Source: Promethearchaeota archaeon
Lineage (GTDB): Archaea; Asgardarchaeota; Lokiarchaeia; Sigyniarchaeales; SOKP01
Assembly: GCA_019058365.1 (NCBI GenBank)
Contig: JAHPZE010000004.1
Location: 192,001 to 256,000, forward strand
Length of the DNA stretch: 64,000 nucleotides
Direction of reading: 5' to 3'
Made by a program: the position numbers and the translations under genes. The notes beneath the pieces were generated by a model. That model worked only from the letters and a program-made list of their open reading frames with translations. It did not search any database and was not told where the DNA came from. Below are positions 30,030 through 39,645 of this stretch, piece by piece (the first letter of the stretch is position 1; each line of letters starts with the position of its first letter).

Positions 30030-31121
30030 TTATGGTAATTTGATAACTTTACCAACTTTTAAATCAAAATAAGTCTCTTTAAACGTCTCCTTAAAAATAT
30101 TAATGCTCTCTATGCTGCTATCATGAGGTGAAAGCGCGATTAATTTAGGATTTCTAGCTTTTAGGTAATCTAAAGCGAAATCTCGATCATTTTTATCCCA
30201 TGGTTCCCATGGTGGTCTTTTTGTCATGATAAATTTATGAATTGGCAATCCTGACCAAATATCCTCATCACCTGGGAAATTTGGGATAGGCAAATGTAAT
30301 CCTCCTATAAAACCATAAATGGGTGTATTAAATAAAGCTTCTACACGATCTATTATCTTTTTAATTCCTTGATGTCCACAACCGACAATAATTACAATCC
30401 CTTTTCCTTCAACATTTATAGCCATAGCCTGTTCGTAAATATCTCTAAAAAAAAACAAAGGATTATGTATAGGACCGATGGAAGCTATACCCTCTGATAT
30501 GACCTCTGGACCTTTCACTTGGCTTATAATAGCAGTAGGATGAGTCATGGGAACAGGAGTAAATGCTTTTACATGGTTTAGGTTAAGTTGGGTTCCTGAA
30601 AGTGAAAATGTATTCTTCTGAGCCCATTGTAAACCTCCTACATGATCACCATGTAAGTGTGAAATAAAAATATACTTAAAGTCTTCTAAAGTGATACCTA
30701 AAGCCTCCATATTCTTTAGAAGGGGAGATGGATGCTTTCTATTAGGATTTAAACCTGTATCATATAGAATACCTACATCATCAGCTTTAATATAATAGGA
30801 AACTCCATTTTCAGTGAAGAGATTATTTTCAGCATGATAATCGATAAGAGGGACAATCTCCAAATCTTTAACTATGCCTATATCATCTAATTTGTTGAAC
30901 TTAGTACTCGACCACTCATTCTCAATAATTTGTTTATTCTTTTCAAATCTTTTGTTCAATACCATTAAAGTGAATAAAGGAAGTGACATTTGAAAAGCTC
31001 GCATCAATTCAAACTCAGAAAGTTTCTCTCCATTTACAATTTTGGATATAATCTCACGATCCTTTATTAGAGGATATTCTTTTAGCAATTTCTTGATTTC
31101 TTCTAAGCTTATACTACTCAA
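30030..31121 (-). CDS. MBL-fold hydrolase, MJ0301-like family
   Basis: ENGVSYYI, ILYDTG, SHLHGDHVGG, GCGHQG, GGLHL. Confidence 0.75.
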   Translation of the reverse strand: MSSISLEEIKKLLKEYPLIKDREIISKIVNGEKLSEFELMRAFQMSLPLFTLMVLNKRFEKNKQIIENEWSSTKFNKLDDIGIVKDLEIVPLIDYHAENNLFTENGVSYYIKADDVGILYDTGLNPNRKHPSPLLKNMEALGITLEDFKYIFISHLHGDHVGGLQWAQKNTFSLSGTQLNLNHVKAFTPVPMTHPTAIISQVKGPEVISEGIASIGPIHNPLFFFRDIYEQAMAINVEGKGIVIIVGCGHQGIKKIIDRVEALFNTPIYGFIGGLHLPIPNFPGDEDIWSGLPIHKFIMTKRPPWEPWDKNDRDFALDYLKARNPKLIALSPHDSSIESINIFKETFKETYFDLKVGKVIKLP

Positions 31122-31210
31122 TTTAAAAACCAGATTTGATTCTTTATTTTAATATTGTATTTAGTCTACTTTATTTATTTCTTATTATTTTATTCAATCG
31201 GCTTACACTT

Positions 31211-32278
31211 TTATCCAAAGGAAATTCCACCTGATTTTGTTATTAAGCTCCAATCTTCCCAAGCATAACTAGTATCTATCATAGTAGGAGAATTACAACT
31301 GTCGCAGTTTTCTGTTTCTTTTAAATATTGTTGAAATCGTGGTAAATTCATGGCTTCTTTAACAGAGGTTTCTCGTAAATTTGCGATTGGTCTATCTAAT
31401 CGAAGACAATCTTCGATATCACCATTAGAATTAACAAACATGAAGACCTTCCTTGCATGGCATCGATAAGTTTTCTTTCCTCCGATGAAATGTTTCAAGT
31501 ACATTTCTGAATTTAATATGTGAGAGCCATTCCTTTTTGCATCTAAAATTCTCGAAAAAGCATCACTTATTTCCTGGTCCGTTGCAGAAAGTTCTCCTTT
31601 TTCATCCATATCCCCATATGAATAGTGGCGTATGGTATTTATTACATTAAATGCAATAGGAATCTCTATTTTATTGCCAAGAGCAATCATTTCATCAACA
31701 CGATGAATGTTAAATTTACTAATAGAAAAACTAAATTGTAAAGAAATAAGAGGATAATCCCTTTTAATTATTTCAACTGATTTCATTATATTATCATACA
31801 ATCCAGGCAATGACCTAATTTTATCATGTTCTTCTCGTATAGGAGAATCAAGAGACATAAGAATAAGGTCAAGATCATCCCCAAATTCAAGGATTCGTTT
31901 AGGTATAAGAAAACCATTGGTCACCATACCTATAAACGCAAAGTTGGCTTCATGCTTGGCAAATTTTATAATATCAGAAATATCTTTGCGAAGCGTAGGC
32001 TCGCCCCCCCAAAGAATAGATATTAGAAAACCTTCTTCTTTAGCCTCCAAATAAATACGTTTTATTTCTTCTAATGTTAATTCGTTTTTAACTGAATTAT
32101 CTTTCCAAAAACAAGACTCACAGTTACAATTGCATCGTAATGTCATAAGGAAATGAAAAATGAATGGTTTACCTCCACTATCTTTTGCTTGTTTTGCTGC
32201 GATTGCTAATTTGGCAAACATTTTACTTTTTTGTTGTTTTATATCTTTGGTTGTTATTTTTTGCGCCATAAAGGTCAT
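31211..32278 (-). CDS. Radical SAM protein with C-terminal twitch/SPASM-like Cys domain
   Basis: CNCNCESC, WGGEP, VTNG, YRCHA..GDIEDC..CDSC. Confidence 0.88.
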   Translation of the reverse strand: MTFMAQKITTKDIKQQKSKMFAKLAIAAKQAKDSGGKPFIFHFLMTLRCNCNCESCFWKDNSVKNELTLEEIKRIYLEAKEEGFLISILWGGEPTLRKDISDIIKFAKHEANFAFIGMVTNGFLIPKRILEFGDDLDLILMSLDSPIREEHDKIRSLPGLYDNIMKSVEIIKRDYPLISLQFSFSISKFNIHRVDEMIALGNKIEIPIAFNVINTIRHYSYGDMDEKGELSATDQEISDAFSRILDAKRNGSHILNSEMYLKHFIGGKKTYRCHARKVFMFVNSNGDIEDCLRLDRPIANLRETSVKEAMNLPRFQQYLKETENCDSCNSPTMIDTSYAWEDWSLITKSGGISFG

Positions 32279-32422
32279 TTTATTTTATTTTAAATTTTAA
32301 ATAATTTAAGTAATTATTTTCAAATATCAATTTTTTTTATATTTTATTATAATTACTAATTTATTTCCATCTCAAGATTTAGGAATAAAAATAGAAAAAA
32401 ATTGACTTTTTGGTGATATTAA

Positions 32423-33133
32423 TTGAGTTCAAGACAAGAGGAGCATATTGTTGGTGGAGGTAAGATTCGTAGTGTGATTTTAGGGTTGAATGATGGATTA
32501 ATCTCAACATTCACATTATTAGTAGGAGTAGCAGCAGCAACTTTAACTTCAACAGGCAGTAATGCAATTGTAGTATTAACAGGATTTGCGGCTATGGTTT
32601 CTGGAGCAATTAGTATGGGACTCGGTGAGTATATTTCGAGTAAATCTGAGTATAATTACATTAAAAATGAATTAAAAAAAGAAAGAGCAGAAATTGAACT
32701 TTTTCCCAAAGAAGAAAAAGAAGAAGTTAAGGAGATTTTTGAAAAAATGGGACTAGAAGGAGCCACACTTAATGCATGTGTAGATAAGATTACTTCAAAT
32801 AAACAAGTTTGGCTGGATTTTCTAACAAAAAGTGAGTTAGGATTAGAAGAACCAGAAAACCCTATTTTGGGAGCGCTATTGACATTTGTTGCATTTGTTT
32901 CTGGATCTTTTTTAACACTATTTGCATATTTTTTCAATTTGGGCTTAATTTCATTAATTTTATCCTCCCTGATCTCTTTCACATTGTTATTTATCGTGGG
33001 AGTTCTAAAGACTAGAATTACCGGAGAAAAAAAATTTAAAAGCGGGTTAGAGATGGTACTTATTGGAATTGTGGCTTTTATAGCATCATACGCAATAGGT
33101 ACTCTGCTTGAGCAATTAATTACCGTTGTCTAA
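32423..33133 (+). CDS. VIT1/CCC1 family Fe/Mn transporter
   Basis: ILGLNDGLIS, GAISMGLGEYIS, ELGL; TTG start after GGTGA. Confidence 0.9.
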   Translation: MSSRQEEHIVGGGKIRSVILGLNDGLISTFTLLVGVAAATLTSTGSNAIVVLTGFAAMVSGAISMGLGEYISSKSEYNYIKNELKKERAEIELFPKEEKEEVKEIFEKMGLEGATLNACVDKITSNKQVWLDFLTKSELGLEEPENPILGALLTFVAFVSGSFLTLFAYFFNLGLISLILSSLISFTLLFIVGVLKTRITGEKKFKSGLEMVLIGIVAFIASYAIGTLLEQLITVV

Positions 33134-33152
33134 ACAGAAAAACAAAAATATG

Positions 33153-33719
33153 CTAATATTCTTGAAAGAAATTTTGACTATGTTCACATATTGGGCAAAC
33201 TAAGGGAGGAGCTTCAATTTCGACGTTTCCACAGATCTGACATACAAAAATTTTCCTTTTCTCAATGGATTTATTATTCTCTAAAAATTTTAAGTAATCT
33301 GTAAATAATTCAGCATGAACTTTCTCTGCTCTTCTTGCTAATGAAAAAGATAGCTCAGCAACTTCAATTCCCTCTTTTTTAGAATTTTTTACGAAATTTT
33401 TATACATCTTCTTAGTTTCATAAGTTTCTCCACTGATAGCATCAATTAAGTTTGACTTTGTATCTTTGATGTGGTTTTTTAAGTCAACTTCATTCACTTC
33501 TACGAAATCTTCTGTCTTCACACCCGCATTAGTGAGAACTGCCAATGCTCTAATATGGTTTTTTATATGGATCGTTTCTGCAACTGAAATAGCCTCAAAC
33601 AAATGAGCAACCTCAGAAAGATTTTCTTCTCTTGCTTTTTCAGCGCATAATTCATATTTTCGTTTCGCGTTACTTTCTCCATTAATAGCCTCTTTTAAAT
33701 TTTTTATAACAGTTAACAT
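33153..33719 (-). CDS. Rubrerythrin
   Basis: GES..AETIH, GETYE..AEKVH, CQICG..CPIC. Confidence 0.9.
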   Translation of the reverse strand: MLTVIKNLKEAINGESNAKRKYELCAEKAREENLSEVAHLFEAISVAETIHIKNHIRALAVLTNAGVKTEDFVEVNEVDLKNHIKDTKSNLIDAISGETYETKKMYKNFVKNSKKEGIEVAELSFSLARRAEKVHAELFTDYLKFLENNKSIEKRKIFVCQICGNVEIEAPPLVCPICEHSQNFFQEY

Positions 33720-33917
33720 TTTTTTTAAACTATTTTATGAATTTAAAACCTTAATAAATTGAGATTTAAAAGTAATATCTTCTATTTTATTATATCTTTT
33801 ATTTTTTAAAAAAATGAATTATTTCAAACTTTTCTGTATTGATTTTTATTATTATTTTATATTATTAATACCAGAAACCTGAACAAACGCACTCTGGAAT
33901 TGTAAAAAATACATATT

Positions 33918-35696
33918 TTACTCTCTAAATAAAGTTAAATTTAACTCACGCAATTTATTTTTATCCATCTTTATTATTTCACGATCATAAGTTAGTAAAC
34001 CATTAATTTCATACTCAACATCAGTAATTTGTGTGTAGATTGCAGCACATAATCCATTTTCAATTAAAAGTATAAGTTTTGAAATCATCTTTTCATATAT
34101 ATTCAAGAGCTTATGCTGATCCTGCAAATTCCTATACACAAATTTTCCTTTAGATTTCCACATATGACCTTCAACCTTAAGTCCCAATCCACCAAATTCT
34201 CCTACAACAGCAGCTCTTCCATTAAGTTTGTTTGGCATTTTAGGATCAGGATATTTATGAATGTCTCGGATATCCCCAACTCCTTTATCAAACCACCCAC
34301 TAGCATTATTTATAAGACGTGAAGAATCTAGATTTCGAGCTGTATCAACTATTTTTTCTGTATCAAATTGTCCCCATCCTTCATTAAATGGAATCCAAAC
34401 TATAACGGAGGGTGAGTTATAAAGCAAATTAATCATAGTTTTTAGCATATCATAATAATTTTTCTTGGCATAATCTTTCCTCTTTCCTTTAAATCTCTTT
34501 TCACTTATAAGTTTCATTTTAATATGCTTTAATATGTTCCAATGTTCTCCATTTGGCATATCTTGCCAAACTAGTATGCCTATTTTATCACAATGATAAT
34601 ACCAGCGAGCAGGTTCTATCTTAACATGTTTTCGAATCAAGTTAAATCCAAGTTCTTTGGTGATTTCAATATCATATTTGAGTGCATCATCAGTTGGAGC
34701 TGTATATAATCCATCAGGCCAATATCCCTGATCTAGAGTGCCATATTGAAGAAGAGGTTTATTATTTAATTCTATCACTTTAAAATCCTTCATATTCCTA
34801 CCGAGTGCTATTTTTCGCATTCCAAAATAACTCTTTACTTTATCTAGAATTACATTATTTCTTTTGATCTCCACGATAATGTCATAAAGATATGGAGAAT
34901 CTGGACTCCAAAGTTTAGGTGATTGAATTTTAAATAAAATCTCTTTCTCAGGTGTCTCATGATCAGTTATGATTTGACCTTCTTTCTCAAGAATAATTGT
35001 ATGGATTAAATCATTCTTTTGGGAACCTATGATATTCACTTTAAGGTTTAGAGTTTCATTATCAATATTTGGAATCATTGTTAAACTTTCAAAATAGGTA
35101 TCTAAGACTGGTTCAAGCCAAACGGTCTGCCAAATGCCTGAAACGGCGGTATAAAATATTATATTTGGCTTTAAAGATTGTTTACCATGTTCTTGATGTC
35201 CCTTATCAGTAGAATCCCAAACTGATACGACTAATTCATTATCTTCTCCTTTTTTCAGATATTTAGAAATTTCGAAATAAAATGTTGTAAATCCCCCTTT
35301 ATGAACACCAACTAACGATTCATTAATCCAAATTGTTGTTTCCCAATCGACAGCACCAAAGTGTAAGAGAATTTTTTTTTGATTCCATGAATCAGGTACT
35401 ATAAATGTTCGATGATACCATAATTTTTGTTTAGAGCCCAATTTTCTCTTTACTCCAGATAAAGCAGATTCTATAGGATAAGGTACAAGAATCTTCCCTT
35501 CAAAGCCATCAATATAATTTTGCTCTTTTGGGCGGATAGCATAGTCCCACAGTCCATTCAAATTTAACCATTCTTTCCGTTTAAGTTGCGGTCGTGGATA
35601 CTTAGGTAGTGGTTTTTCAGGATCTATTTTACTTACCCATCGAGTCATTATTTGACCTTCTATGGGTTTCCATGAAGTTTTTTTACTTTCTTTCAT
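33918..35696 (-). CDS. Glycoside hydrolase family 2 (beta-galactosidase-like)
   Basis: YPRPQL, LNLNGLWDY, LHFGAVDW, SGIWQTVWLE, LDQGYWPDG, FNEGWGQ, GEFGG; ATG 35696 avoids overlap with the upstream gene. Confidence 0.9.
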   Translation of the reverse strand: MKESKKTSWKPIEGQIMTRWVSKIDPEKPLPKYPRPQLKRKEWLNLNGLWDYAIRPKEQNYIDGFEGKILVPYPIESALSGVKRKLGSKQKLWYHRTFIVPDSWNQKKILLHFGAVDWETTIWINESLVGVHKGGFTTFYFEISKYLKKGEDNELVVSVWDSTDKGHQEHGKQSLKPNIIFYTAVSGIWQTVWLEPVLDTYFESLTMIPNIDNETLNLKVNIIGSQKNDLIHTIILEKEGQIITDHETPEKEILFKIQSPKLWSPDSPYLYDIIVEIKRNNVILDKVKSYFGMRKIALGRNMKDFKVIELNNKPLLQYGTLDQGYWPDGLYTAPTDDALKYDIEITKELGFNLIRKHVKIEPARWYYHCDKIGILVWQDMPNGEHWNILKHIKMKLISEKRFKGKRKDYAKKNYYDMLKTMINLLYNSPSVIVWIPFNEGWGQFDTEKIVDTARNLDSSRLINNASGWFDKGVGDIRDIHKYPDPKMPNKLNGRAAVVGEFGGLGLKVEGHMWKSKGKFVYRNLQDQHKLLNIYEKMISKLILLIENGLCAAIYTQITDVEYEINGLLTYDREIIKMDKNKLRELNLTLFRE

Positions 35697-35712
35697 ATTA
35701 TTTGAAATCAGA

Positions 35713-36312
35713 TTATCTTTTTTTCTTTGGAAAGAACATTCCTGTTTGCTTTTTATAATCAATATAGGGTTCTCCATATCGAATCTCTAAATCTTTTTCT
35801 TCTGCTTTACAAAACCAATAAAAAATTGGAAACCATACAATAGAATATAGAAAAAGAAAGGGAGAGTTTAACACCAATGCAATTACCCACCAAATAAACA
35901 CTTCTCCAAGTGCTTGAGGATGTCGAATTTTTTTATATATTCCCCCATACAGAGTATGTTTTTTATCTGGGAAAAGAGCCTCTCTTCCAGCATCTTTAAC
36001 CCCCTTTAGCATAATATATAAACATGGAATAAGAATAACAAAACTAAGAATAACAGAGATCCAATAATCCCAAATAAAAAATTGAGGAATATGAATTGGT
36101 AGAGGAAAAAACAAATATAGAATAAAATTAACAGCAGTAATTAGTTCAAAAACACTAGCAATAATTCGATAATTTCCACATCTCGCATATGCTTTCTCAC
36201 CAATTTTTTGTTCTAATTTTGCTGGACCTACACTTTTAATATAGAAAAATGCCATTAGTATAGTTGAAATAATTAGGATTGAAAAATTAATCCATTCTAT
36301 CATATTATTCAC
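35713..36312 (-). CDS. Isoprenylcysteine carboxyl methyltransferase / PEMT family membrane protein
   Basis: GGIYKKIRHP, EEKDL..YG..Y..YK..TGMFFP; multiple TM segments. Confidence 0.8.
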   Translation of the reverse strand: MNNMIEWINFSILIISTILMAFFYIKSVGPAKLEQKIGEKAYARCGNYRIIASVFELITAVNFILYLFFPLPIHIPQFFIWDYWISVILSFVILIPCLYIMLKGVKDAGREALFPDKKHTLYGGIYKKIRHPQALGEVFIWWVIALVLNSPFLFLYSIVWFPIFYWFCKAEEKDLEIRYGEPYIDYKKQTGMFFPKKKR

Positions 36313-36318
36313 TTTAAA

Positions 36319-37341
36319 TTAGCAATAATATAAAAGTTTTCCATTACTTTCAATTGCTTTTACTTTATCTTCCGCTTCAAGATAAAAGAGATGCCCTAAC
36401 ACTTCACTTAATGCCATATAAGAATTCATTTCGTCTAAATCTTCTCCAAAATGGATTTGAGATATTCTATAAGCAGTCATAGGATTATCTTTAATCAATC
36501 TTGAAATCTCTGTTAATCTATTTTGATGATGTTCTTTAATTTGTTGAATCCGTTCATGGGGGTTATAAATTATCTCTTGGTGAGCAGGGAAAATTATTTT
36601 TGGATTTAACTTGTCAATTTTATCTAAAGAGATTAAATAATGCTTTAAAATGTTCTTAAAATCGTGATTTTTGTATTTTTCTGCCATATCAGTAGGAATA
36701 ATGAAATTTCCTATGTGAGGTGTAATTCGACTCAAAATGTGGTCCCCAGAGAAAAGATACTTATTTTCCTTATCAAAAATACAAATATGGCCGAAACTGT
36801 GTCCTGGAGTCCAAATAATTTCTAATCTTTCAAATAATATATCTCCATCGTGTACTACAATATCAGGTTTTTGATATTCCAAAAATTTTGGCCAATATGT
36901 AAAAAACTGAACAATTCTATTTCCTTGTTCTTCACTGAGTCCATAATTTATCAATTGGTTTGCTGTCAGTCTGGCTTCTTGTTCTAATTCAGGTAACTGC
37001 TCATCATTAGTTTCCCATTTCAATAGATCATGAGTTATGTCATGCATTAAGATTTTAAGCTCAGGATTTTTCTGCTTGAGTACTTTAACTAAGCCTATAT
37101 GATCTGTATGAATGTGTGTAATGATGCAATAGTCAATATCTCGAATTGAAATGTTAATATCTTCAAAAGCAGAGAATAATTTTTTTTTCCAATTACCCAT
37201 ATTTAAACCAGCATCTATAAGGATATTCTTTCCCTGAAGTTTAAATAGATAAACACATATGTATTTGACGGGGAAAGGAACAGGTATTTTTATTCGATGT
37301 ACTCCATTAATTTCAGTTAATTCAAATTTAGAACTAGACAA
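36319..37341 (-). CDS. MBL-fold hydrolase with C-terminal winged helix
   Basis: THIHTDH, TPGHSFGH, SGDHIL, PAH. Confidence 0.85.
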   Translation of the reverse strand: MSSSKFELTEINGVHRIKIPVPFPVKYICVYLFKLQGKNILIDAGLNMGNWKKKLFSAFEDINISIRDIDYCIITHIHTDHIGLVKVLKQKNPELKILMHDITHDLLKWETNDEQLPELEQEARLTANQLINYGLSEEQGNRIVQFFTYWPKFLEYQKPDIVVHDGDILFERLEIIWTPGHSFGHICIFDKENKYLFSGDHILSRITPHIGNFIIPTDMAEKYKNHDFKNILKHYLISLDKIDKLNPKIIFPAHQEIIYNPHERIQQIKEHHQNRLTEISRLIKDNPMTAYRISQIHFGEDLDEMNSYMALSEVLGHLFYLEAEDKVKAIESNGKLLYYC

Positions 37342-37624
37342 TGGTAATTCATCTAATATTCTTACTTTATTAGGTAAAATTTTGAGAATTTTAGTACTTT
37401 CCGATACTAATATTCAGAAATGATTTGATAAAAAATAATAATATAAAACCTAAATAATTTAATATTCAATTATGTAATTTGATTTAATACTTTAGAAAAC
37501 AATGCCAGAGTTGATCTACATAGATAAACTCCTAGAACCGCATATCAAACATACCAATATCGTTACTTGGTCAATAAATATTGTTATAGAGATTTAATCT
37601 TTTAAGAAAAAAAGGAAAAAAAAA

Positions 37625-38425
37625 TTAAAATTTAGTTTTTTTCTGGAAAATTAAAATACCTAATAAAGTGAAACCAATCGAAAAAGCAACTACAATTAAT
37701 ATTCCTCCCAGTATAGTAATTGGAAGCGCTTTAGCACTTGCTCCTATTAATGAACTACTATATAAATTGTCATTTAATCCTTGTCCAAGTACAGTAAGTT
37801 GCAGAAATATTTGTTTAGCCCAAAACGGGGGTGTAAAATAAACAATAGGACTTTCAAACGGCATTAAACTTCCTGAGAGAAAAATTAATACCATGAATAT
37901 TAATAATGAAAAAGCATTAGCTATTTCGACAGTTTTTGAAACACTTGCTATCATTATTCCCAAACCAACCGCAGATATACCAAATAAAACAGATACTAAG
38001 AATCCAAAAAATAATTCTAATGGACCTACAAAATATAAACCTAGTATCACGTAGCCAAAAATGAACATAATTATAATTTGAAGCATTAAGAAAAATGATT
38101 CAGAAATTAATGCCCCTAAAAATATATTTTTTCTACCGGTTGGCATAGTATCTAAGCGAGTTAACATCCCTGATCCTTTCTCTTGAGCAAACATAATAGC
38201 AGCAGTCATAGTTCCTATACCTGTTGCATATATAACCATCCCTGGAAAAAAATAATCAAAATAACTTCGACCAGAAGGATCCACTTCAGACCCTATAATA
38301 AAGTAAAACATAATGGTGAACATTATGGGTAATAGAAGTGAAAAAAATAGATATTGCCAGTGTCTTAGCTTATCTTTAAGATTTTTGATCGCTATTTGGA
38401 TAGCTTTATTTTCTAATAAGGTCAT
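37625..38425 (-). CDS. ABC-2 type exporter permease
   Basis: Six TM pattern, EKGSGMLTRLDTMP, FLSG..P; coupled to the ATPase gene. Confidence 0.87.
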   Translation of the reverse strand: MTLLENKAIQIAIKNLKDKLRHWQYLFFSLLLPIMFTIMFYFIIGSEVDPSGRSYFDYFFPGMVIYATGIGTMTAAIMFAQEKGSGMLTRLDTMPTGRKNIFLGALISESFFLMLQIIIMFIFGYVILGLYFVGPLELFFGFLVSVLFGISAVGLGIMIASVSKTVEIANAFSLLIFMVLIFLSGSLMPFESPIVYFTPPFWAKQIFLQLTVLGQGLNDNLYSSSLIGASAKALPITILGGILIVVAFSIGFTLLGILIFQKKTKF

Positions 38426-38426
38426 T

Positions 38427-39410
38427 TTAATCTCTCAACCTCCTTCCGGTTAAATTTAAAAATACATCTTCAAGTGAGTTTTGTCTAAACTTCATATTTT
38501 CAACCTCATCAATGTTGTTAATAAGCCCTTGTTGTAAAAGTTTCACAAGGTTTTTTAAGCCACCTTGAAAAGAAATTATTAATGTTTTTCTTTCCTTATG
38601 GCTAATTTCACTCGAATTAGCAACAAATGATATATTTTCTATCTTATTTTTTACTAATTCAAGGTCTTCCTGTTTAAGGAAAGATATTTCCAATGCATTA
38701 TCACTCCCATACTTCTCTTTTAATTCAGTAGGAGTTCCTTCAGCAATTATTTTTCCTTGGTCTATTATTGCAACTCGATCACTTAAAGCATCAGCCTCAA
38801 CCATATCATGTGTCAATAGAATTATCGTAATATCTGTATTTTTCAAACTTCTAATAAAGTCCCATACAAGACGGCGTGCTTGAGGGTCGAGACCCGCAGT
38901 AGGTTCATCAAGAAATAAAATTTCGGGTTCAAATATCAAAGCCATTACGAGATTTAAACGCCGTTGCATACCCCCTGAGAAATGTTTAGACCAGTCTTTT
39001 CTTCCTGCAATTCCAAATTCTTCCAGCAATTTTCTAGATTTCTCTTTCGCTTCTTTACGAGGCATTCCATGCATAATGGCCATAAACTCAACGTTTTCCT
39101 CTGCCCTTAAAACTTCATAAATTGTAATTTCCTGTGGACACACACCAATTTTCTTCACAATTTCATTTTTTCCCGTTAGAATACTGTGCCCATTAATGTT
39201 AGCATCACCAGCAGTAGGAGTTAAAACAGTGGTCAACATTCGGACTAATGTGGTTTTTCCAGCACCATTAGGTCCAAGAATGCTAAATAATTCCCCTTTT
39301 TTAACTTTCAAGGACACTCCATCTACAGCTTTGACTTCTTTAAAACATTTTTTAAGATCTTTTATATCAATTGCGATAGAATCTTTACTTACACTCATAA
39401 TTTCATACAC
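38427..39410 (-). CDS. ABC exporter ATP-binding protein (start possibly ATG 39398)
   Basis: GPNGAGKTT, FSGGMQRR, LFLDEPT, THDM, SLEDVFL. Confidence 0.92.
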   Translation of the reverse strand: MYEIMSVSKDSIAIDIKDLKKCFKEVKAVDGVSLKVKKGELFSILGPNGAGKTTLVRMLTTVLTPTAGDANINGHSILTGKNEIVKKIGVCPQEITIYEVLRAEENVEFMAIMHGMPRKEAKEKSRKLLEEFGIAGRKDWSKHFSGGMQRRLNLVMALIFEPEILFLDEPTAGLDPQARRLVWDFIRSLKNTDITIILLTHDMVEADALSDRVAIIDQGKIIAEGTPTELKEKYGSDNALEISFLKQEDLELVKNKIENISFVANSSEISHKERKTLIISFQGGLKNLVKLLQQGLINNIDEVENMKFRQNSLEDVFLNLTGRRLRD

Positions 39411-39645
39411 AAATTAATTTTTTGTTTTTAATGATATTATATCTACTTTTTTGGAAAAATAAAAACTATTAAAAAGACTGGAGTCCAAATTTTGATAAAT
39501 TTCATGTGAAGTTGAAAGATATAATACTTAATGAACTTATTCTCTGTGCTAACTATTAGTCAATAATCTTATAAACAACTTGTTCTATTATTCTAATTAC
39601 TTAATTTCAAAAAAATTAATACCATTTACAAAGATGATAAATACA

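Noticed and set aside
33871-33897. CCAGA...TCTGG hairpin between rubrerythrin and GH2
   Set aside because: 5-bp stem only; compatible with chance
35697-35777. Track's longer N-terminus for the GH2 gene
   Set aside because: Overlaps the methyltransferase gene; ATG 35696 is more plausible
37502-37597. 31-aa ORF MPELIYID... and an antisense CLICG string
   Set aside because: Too short, with no supporting signal
24062-39487. TGGAGTCCA palindrome in two divergent intergenic regions (24062 and 39479)
   Set aside because: Only 9 bp, also occurs inside a CDS (~36805), and the flanking genes are unrelated
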